From positions 1-12,399 of the IMG/VR virus record IMGVR_UViG_2751185956_000002: a stretch of 12,399 nucleotides of DNA. One strand, 5' to 3'. The notes under the pieces were generated by a model. That model saw nothing but the letters and a program-made list of their open reading frames with translations. It was not told the DNA's origin and did no database searches. Position numbers and translations under genes: made by a program. The DNA is from a virus (Duplodnaviria > Heunggongvirae > Uroviricota > Caudoviricetes). This document shows positions 1 through 3,919 of this stretch, in pieces (position 1 is the stretch's first letter; every line of letters starts with the position of its first letter).

Positions 1-879
1 AAACGTTTTATCCTGCGTCCAGGCGTTGTACCACGGTGTATCTGTAATTTTAAATAACTCTCCCTGGATAAAATCTTCAGAAGCATAAAAAAGAGGCTGG
101 CCCGGTATTCTCTCAAATAAAAAACGAGCATTTTTAAATCGACTGACATCCGGAAGAGTTGATACTTTAAAAGTAAGCCCTAATCCGTCAATTTTATAAC
201 CTGGAGATGAGGCTTCAAGGCACGCGCTTATTGCAGTGGAGTCGTCATTTATACCATCACCAACAGCTCCAAAATCTTTGGGGCTAATAGCATCACGCAT
301 TTTATCCTGGAACGTTCGGTACACAGCCCCAGAACCATACTGAATAAACCAACCAAAACCACCAACAACCCCGGCAATTGCAGCATCAACATAATTACGC
401 ATTGAGCGATTATTTACAGCGTCCTGCTCAAATGATGGATCTGCAAGGTTAGAAATTTTGTTTTGCTTTGCATCGTAATATTTTGCAAGCAGAGAGGGCT
501 TCATCAATGCACGTCTGAACCACCCAAAACATTGCTGGATCAGCATCGTCAGGTAGTCAAAGGCATCTTCATGCACTTCGGGGAAAAATTTTCCCTGATT
601 GCGAAGGTCTGTCTCCTGCACTACATCAAGCACACGATCTATCGTAATTCGCCATCCAGTAGCAAGCGGAGACGGAAGAACCACAGAACCGCCACTATAA
701 GTGCCCGCCCCAGTTACCGTATAACCGGTATCCAGGACCAATTCTGTTACGTTCCCGTTCAGGTCAGACACCTGAACAACCAGGTCTGATTTTCTGAAAA
801 TTCGAAAAGTATACGGAAACGATGTCGTAACGCCGTTACCGGTGTATTCGTTGTGGTCAACTTCGGTTGAGACCGTCAT
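1..879 (-). CDS. Tailspike / tail fibre protein, N-terminal 293 codons only (gene continues beyond window start)
   Basis: ATG at 879-877 preceded by GGAG with a 7-nt spacer; the frame is open to position 1. Translation begins MTVSTEVDHNEYTGNGVTTSFPYTFRIFRKSDLVVQV. Around residue 200 the stretch SPKDFGAVGDGINDDSTAIS resembles the start of the right-handed beta-helix (pectate-lyase-like) receptor-binding domain of tailspikes. The first ~150 aa look like a particle-attachment domain (recollection, not searched). Confidence 0.75.
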   Translation of the reverse strand, partial: MTVSTEVDHNEYTGNGVTTSFPYTFRIFRKSDLVVQVSDLNGNVTELVLDTGYTVTGAGTYSGGSVVLPSPLATGWRITIDRVLDVVQETDLRNQGKFFPEVHEDAFDYLTMLIQQCFGWFRRALMKPSLLAKYYDAKQNKISNLADPSFEQDAVNNRSMRNYVDAAIAGVVGGFGWFIQYGSGAVYRTFQDKMRDAISPKDFGAVGDGINDDSTAISACLEASSPGYKIDGLGLTFKVSTLPDVSRFKNARFLFERIPGQPLFYASEDFIQGELFKITDTPWYNAWTQDKTF

Positions 880-982
880 GTTAAATCTCCAGATAGTCGC
901 AGCACCCGTTGCGCCGCATATCTGGTTATTCTATTACCTGAAAAACCACATATGGATAAAAAGACTATAAATACCAATAGAT

Positions 983-999
983 ATTACCTTTCGGGTAAT
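983..999. promoter_or_regulatory. Operator-like palindrome A: ATTACC-TTTCG-GGTAAT
   Basis: Perfect 6-bp inverted arms with a 5-bp spacer. TTGCAA (1000-1005) lies immediately to the right, so on the minus strand the palindrome forms the 17-bp spacer of a possible leftward promoter pointing at the tailspike gene (-10 would be TATCTA, weak). Same core as sites B and C. Confidence 0.45.
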
Positions 1000-1074
1000 T
1001 TGCAAAACGTGCTGGATAGCAAACAAATTATTTGTTACTGTATAAACATACAGTTATTGCATGGAGAAGATAAG

Positions 1075-1332
1075 ATGCAGCAGTATCACTATCCACTGGA
1101 AGACGGATTTACCGAAAGGATTCACACGCCGGGAGGCGTCAGGTCACTGGTGGAGGGATCGCACTTGATGAAATTACTCCGGGATCTCGATAAGGATGGA
1201 TTTAATGTCGATGGCCCACTTGCCGAACTGACTGCACTGATTAACTACGTCACCAGCTCACAGATGTCTATGCAGGATCTGCAAACACATCTCGACTATT
1301 GTGCCGAACAATTACGAAAACAAACCAGATAA
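1075..1332 (+). CDS. Small protein (85 aa), stand-alone paralog of the antirepressor C-terminal domain
   Basis: ATG 1075 with GGAG 8 nt upstream. Preferred over the ORF-track start at 952, which has no RBS and would put palindrome A inside the coding sequence. Residues ~4-80 align with residues ~139-214 of the 218-aa antirepressor (shared H.P.GV..L.E.S.LM.LL..L..DG..V.G..AELT, then D.QTH..Y), roughly 40% identity by eye. Confidence 0.55.
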   Translation: MQQYHYPLEDGFTERIHTPGGVRSLVEGSHLMKLLRDLDKDGFNVDGPLAELTALINYVTSSQMSMQDLQTHLDYCAEQLRKQTR

Positions 1333-1335
1333 GGT

Positions 1336-1380
1336 TTGCAATTACCAAATGGAGTGCTTATATTTACCTTTGCGGTAAAT
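1336..1380 (+). promoter_or_regulatory. sigma70-like promoter (-35 TTGCAA 1336-1341, 17-bp spacer, -10 TATATT 1359-1364) with operator-like palindrome B (ATTTACC-TTTGC-GGTAAAT, 1362-1380) over the predicted start site
   Basis: Hexamers and spacing read directly. The palindrome begins inside the -10, the classic arrangement for repression. Palindrome B is itself nested inside a larger inverted repeat, GGAGTGC (1351-1357) / GCACTCC (1388-1394). Confidence 0.4.
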
Positions 1381-1491
1381 TTACATCGCACTCCTCTTGT
1401 GCCATAGTAATCGGGCACTGGCAAAATCCAGTGCCGGGATTGGTCTCCCGGATTACTAAGTGGCGCATACCACGCCAGACGTGGTTTTTTT
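1371..1491 (+). ncRNA. Candidate small structured RNA or attenuator-like leader (~120 nt) running from promoter B to an intrinsic terminator
   Basis: No credible ORF with an RBS in this stretch. It contains an 8-bp outer stem (TAGTAATC 1405-1412 / GATTACTA 1451-1458) enclosing a perfect 8-bp hairpin (GGCACTGG-CAAAAT-CCAGTGCC, 1414-1435) and a second hairpin (GGGA-TTGGTC-TCCC, 1436-1449, extendable to CCGGGA/TCCCGG), then the terminator at 1469-1491. Boundaries are inferred. Confidence 0.25.
1469..1491 (+). terminator. Rho-independent terminator-like hairpin
   Basis: Stem ACCACG / CGTGGT with loop CCAGA, immediately followed by a run of seven T (1485-1491). The stem is only 6 bp, so strength is modest. 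Confidence 0.45.
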
Positions 1492-1649
1492 ATGCGTATA
1501 GCACAGTCATGCCAGAATTATGGTGGGCTGAATGGGGGTCCGAAAGGACGCCGGTACCACTTAGGCCGGTAAGACCAACTCCGTTCAGTTCACCACCATC
1601 TGATTGGTCTCAGCGGTGGTGATGTAATTCGCTAAGTGGAGACGCCATC

Positions 1650-2306
1650 ATGAACGCTCAACTCATCCCCGTATTCAACGGCACTATATCTAACGAAACA
1701 GCCCTACTTTGTAATGCCCGCGATCTGCACGCTTTTTTAGGTGTTAAAAAGGTGTTTGCAGCATGGATTACAAATCGCATATCAGAATACGAATTCATTG
1801 AAAATCAAGACTATATTTTGCTTTCCAATTTGGGAAAGCAAACATCTGGTAGAGGCGGCCACAACCGCAAAGAGTACCACCTCACCCTTGATACAGCCAA
1901 AGAGCTGGCGATGGTCGAGCGTAACGAAAAAGGTCGTCAGGTACGACGCTACTTCATTGAATGCGAGAAACGTTTAAGACAACAAGAAACAAAAGTGGAG
2001 AAGGTCTTGTCAGGCTTCATGCCCGCCATTATGGAGGCGATCAAGCTGGAAGACAAAAAAGAATACAGTGCCCCGCTGAAGCCCGGCTACCGCAGCCTGA
2101 TTCATTCGCCGTCTGGTGTTCTCGGCCTGACGGAGAACTCACTGCTGATGAATCTGCTGAACCAGTTACAGGAAGACGGGCACGACGTATCGGGCGCGGC
2201 GGCGGAGCTGACCACCATGTTCTGCTACATCGTCGGTGTGAGCAAATGCCTGCGTGATATCCAGACGCACGCGGAGTACATCAACGACAAGGCAGGGTTC
2301 TTCTGA
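1650..2306 (+). CDS. Phage antirepressor, 218 aa (AntA-like N-terminal domain plus a C-terminal domain shared with the 85-aa ORF)
   Basis: ATG 1650 with GGAG 8 nt upstream; stop TGA 2304-2306. The N-terminal ~110 aa (LIPVFNG, then [76 protein letters not shown]) match my recollection of the AntA/AntB antirepressor family; not database-verified. Confidence 0.7.
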   Translation: MNAQLIPVFNGTISNETALLCNARDLHAFLGVKKVFAAWITNRISEYEFIENQDYILLSNLGKQTSGRGGHNRKEYHLTLDTAKELAMVERNEKGRQVRRYFIECEKRLRQQETKVEKVLSGFMPAIMEAIKLEDKKEYSAPLKPGYRSLIHSPSGVLGLTENSLLMNLLNQLQEDGHDVSGAAAELTTMFCYIVGVSKCLRDIQTHAEYINDKAGFF

Positions 2307-2314
2307 CGGGCGGT

Positions 2315-2341
2315 GGCACAGGGATGTGCCTTTAAATAATT
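2315..2341 (+). terminator. Weak terminator-like hairpin after the antirepressor gene
   Basis: Stem GGCACA / TGTGCC with loop GGGA (2315-2330), followed by the interrupted T/A-rich run TTTAAATAATT. Could equally be a processing or pause site. Confidence 0.25.
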
Positions 2342-2350
2342 CTGTACAGA

Positions 2351-2394
2351 TTGCAGACTGTGGGTGAATAGCGTACTATTACCTTAAAGGTAAA
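2351..2394 (+). promoter_or_regulatory. sigma70-like promoter (-35 TTGCAG 2351-2356, 17-bp spacer, -10 TACTAT 2374-2379) with operator-like palindrome C (ATTACC-TTAAA-GGTAAA, 2378-2394) over the start site
   Basis: Same architecture as promoter B: -35 TTGCAR, 17 bp, -10, with the palindrome starting inside the -10. The palindrome also abuts the Shine-Dalgarno sequence of the 55-aa ORF. Confidence 0.45.
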
Positions 2395-2405
2395 GGAGGC
2401 GCGAT

Positions 2406-2573
2406 ATGACAGCGTTGAAAAATCGTACTCAGCACAATGAACAAGCCAAGCAATGCTGGGATGTCATTGGAAAAGTTATGCTTGGCCGCGCAAGCAAAGA
2501 GCGCGACAAGGATATGGTTTACCAGACAGGAACATCTTTCAGCGACTTCAAGGCGGCATTTCGCTCCAAATAG
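2406..2573 (+). CDS. Small protein, 55 aa, function unknown (candidate regulator or partner of the downstream AT-rich gene)
   Basis: Not in the ORF track (too short). ATG 2406 is preceded by a near-consensus Shine-Dalgarno AAAGGAGG (2392-2399) with a 6-nt spacer; stop TAG 2571-2573. Translation MTALKNRTQHNEQAKQCWDVIGKVMLGRASKERDKDMVYQTGTSFSDFKAAFRSK. Confidence 0.45.
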   Translation: MTALKNRTQHNEQAKQCWDVIGKVMLGRASKERDKDMVYQTGTSFSDFKAAFRSK

Positions 2574-2593
2574 AAGCACATCAGGAGTTTTCC

Positions 2594-3034
2594 TTGAAGT
2601 TTAACATTAGAATATCTAATAGTTTTCTACATGGGGAAAGCAACACCCCTTTCGCTGTAGACGGACCTTTCCTTACTGATGATGAAATAAAAATCATACA
2701 AAGTTTTTTAGAGGATGTTGCCAATGGAAGGGCGCTTGTTGGAAAAAACAAGCCCTCGTGGGTTGATGATAACCATGATAAAATTCCCGGCTCAGACAAT
2801 TATGAGCAAGAGAATTATTGGCATTATCATTGTGGGCCAACATGGTATCCAAACACATTTAAGAATTATACCATTAACTTAAATTTCAACCCTGGCGGAA
2901 GGCATTCTAATGAATGCATTCATTATGCAAAAAATGATAATGAAATTGTCATTGTTGGATTTTCAAGAGAACACATACCTTTCCTTTCATCAGATGGAAA
3001 CAACAATCCGCTTTTTAATGATGAAGAAGAATAG
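2594..3034 (+). CDS. AT-rich moron protein, 146 aa if started at TTG 2594 (193 aa if ATG 2453 is used); His/Cys-rich C-terminal motif, function unknown
   Basis: The frame is open from 2453 to TAG 3032-3034, but the only in-frame ATG (2453) has no RBS and lies inside the 55-aa ORF in another frame. TTG 2594 is preceded by AGGAG (2583-2587) with a 6-nt spacer. Composition drops sharply to AT-rich from ~2590 to 3030. Contains WHYHCGPTWYPNTFKNYTINLNFNPGGRHSNECIHY. Confidence 0.5.
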   Translation: MKFNIRISNSFLHGESNTPFAVDGPFLTDDEIKIIQSFLEDVANGRALVGKNKPSWVDDNHDKIPGSDNYEQENYWHYHCGPTWYPNTFKNYTINLNFNPGGRHSNECIHYAKNDNEIVIVGFSREHIPFLSSDGNNNPLFNDEEE

Positions 3035-3056
3035 CCCGCGCTGCGGGCTTTTTTGT
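3033..3056 (+). terminator. Strong rho-independent terminator
   Basis: Perfect 7-bp GC-rich stem AGCCCGC / GCGGGCT with loop GCT, followed by TTTTTT, starting at the stop codon of the AT-rich gene. Confidence 0.75.
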
Positions 3057-3085
3057 GGACGAAACAAAAGTCAGTGCTACACTCA

Positions 3086-3113
3086 TTGACGCCACATTGA
3101 GGTGGCTTATAGA
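3086..3113 (+). promoter_or_regulatory. sigma70-like promoter candidate (-35 TTGACG 3086-3091, 16-bp spacer, -10 TATAGA 3108-3113)
   Basis: Hexamers read directly. It would give a very short leader before ATG 3127, so assignment to the downstream small ORF is tentative. Confidence 0.3.
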
Positions 3114-3126
3114 TGGAAATTTCACA

Positions 3127-3288
3127 ATGAAAAAAGCATTTGCTGCACTGTTCGTTTTGTTGTCTCTGGTAGCTTCAACTCAGGCCTTTGCCGGTCGTTG
3201 TCAGCACGACAGCGATACTGCCGCTGACGGCTCCCGCTGCGGTGGGCGTTCTGCGGATTCCCGCCCGGGTGGCGGTGGCATTCGTTAA
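3127..3288 (+). CDS. Small exported peptide precursor, 53 aa (signal peptide plus 31-aa Gly/Arg/Asp-rich mature peptide with two Cys)
   Basis: ATG 3127; stop TAA 3286-3288. The N-terminus MKKAFAALFVLLSLVASTQAFA is a textbook Sec signal peptide (basic n-region, hydrophobic core, AFA cleavage motif). Predicted mature peptide GRCQHDSDTAADGSRCGGRSADSRPGGGGIR. RBS is weak; the ORF-track GTG start at 3055 abuts the upstream terminator and is unlikely. Confidence 0.4.
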   Translation: MKKAFAALFVLLSLVASTQAFAGRCQHDSDTAADGSRCGGRSADSRPGGGGIR

Positions 3289-3311
3289 AAACAAGGCCGC
3301 GAAAGCGGCCT
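3283..3311 (-). terminator. Rho-independent terminator for the minus-strand operon (after the lipoprotein gene)
   Basis: Stem AGGCCGC / GCGGCCT with loop GAAA (3294-3311). On the minus strand it is followed by TGTTTTTAA (reverse complement of 3285-3293), 9 nt after the lipoprotein stop codon. Confidence 0.5.
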
Positions 3312-3319
3312 GTGACATG

Positions 3320-3700
3320 TCACGCAACGCAATTATTACCGCGCCATGTAACATTTTTAATAATCTTATCAGCACCAAACTCAACGTAAACAGAGCAACT
3401 GAAATGGAGTGTATAACCGCCATCAGTTGTTGCGTATGTGTTTGAATATATAGTATTACCAATTAGATTAGACGTAGTATTATACGTTGTGGTTTGTGGT
3501 ACGTTATAACTACCAGAGCTTGAGTAAACATACACTCTGTTTCCATCTGGAGATGTAAGCTCTCCCTGAGGATACCCCCACTGCTGAACCATTGCGTCTA
3601 TACTCTGCCCGCGCCACGTAAGCATATTTCTTTCAAACTGTGCAGCTGACTGGCATCCAACGAGAAGCATAAATCCAAAAATCAAAAATACTTTTCTCAT
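3320..3700 (-). CDS. Predicted outer-membrane lipoprotein, 126 aa (moron; candidate superinfection-exclusion or receptor-masking factor)
   Basis: ATG 3700-3698 with AGGGG 5 nt upstream; the ORF-track start (GTG 3736) is less likely. N-terminus MRKVFLIFGFMLLVGCQSAAQ gives a lipoprotein signal with lipobox LVGC and Gln at +2 (not Asp, so outer-membrane sorting is expected). AT-rich, unlike the neighbouring virion genes. Stop TGA 3322-3320. Confidence 0.7.
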   Translation of the reverse strand: MRKVFLIFGFMLLVGCQSAAQFERNMLTWRGQSIDAMVQQWGYPQGELTSPDGNRVYVYSSSGSYNVPQTTTYNTTSNLIGNTIYSNTYATTDGGYTLHFSCSVYVEFGADKIIKNVTWRGNNCVA

Positions 3701-3785
3701 AATTACCCCTATCATGGAAAAACAGCACCAATCCACAAATTAACTAGTTATTTTATTATTCTTCCGAACAATACAATTCCGAATA

Positions 3786-3908
3786 CTACAAAGCCGAACC
3801 ATGCCGCTGCACGCAACAGAGATTCCAATTGAAACCCATTTTTATCAAAATGTATGAATAGCATAAAAACGCTGCACATATTAGTACAATAAAAGTTATT
3901 TGAACCAT
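3786..3908 (-). CDS. Small hydrophobic membrane peptide, 40 aa (not in ORF track)
   Basis: ATG 3908-3906 preceded by AAGGAG (3919-3914) with a 5-nt spacer, directly after the stop of the 824-aa gene. Translation MVQITFIVLICAAFLCYSYILIKMGFNWNLCCVQRHGSAL: an N-terminal ~21-residue hydrophobic helix and a short Cys-rich tail. Stop TAG 3788-3786. Confidence 0.4.
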   Translation of the reverse strand: MVQITFIVLICAAFLCYSYILIKMGFNWNLCCVQRHGSAL

Positions 3909-3919
3909 CATATCTCCTT

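Noticed and set aside
463-789. 108-aa plus-strand ORF inside the tailspike gene region
   Set aside because: Lies antisense within the minus-strand tailspike coding sequence, which has a strong start and recognisable tailspike motifs. No RBS.
952-1074. ORF-track start at 952 for the 126-aa version of the Ant-C-like ORF
   Set aside because: No RBS; it would place palindrome A and an AT-rich promoter-like region inside the coding sequence; homology to the antirepressor begins only after Met-42 (ATG 1075), which has a good RBS.
1299-1622. 107-aa plus-strand ORF spanning the structured intergenic region
   Set aside because: Trp/Pro-rich low-plausibility translation, no RBS, and it runs through multiple hairpins and a terminator. 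The region is better explained as regulatory RNA/DNA.
1741-2257. Two plus-strand ORFs (78 and 98 aa) in alternative frames inside the antirepressor gene
   Set aside because: Fully nested in the antirepressor ORF in other frames, with no independent translation signals.
2379-2799. Minus-strand ORFs (66 and 72 aa) antisense to the 55-aa / AT-rich cassette
   Set aside because: Antisense to ORFs with clear RBSs; no start signals; implausible composition.
3175-3462. Overlapping ORFs on both strands (85 aa plus, 95 aa minus) across the lipoprotein 3-prime end and the secreted-peptide gene
   Set aside because: They overlap the lipoprotein gene and the terminator hairpin in alternative frames, and neither has a plausible RBS.
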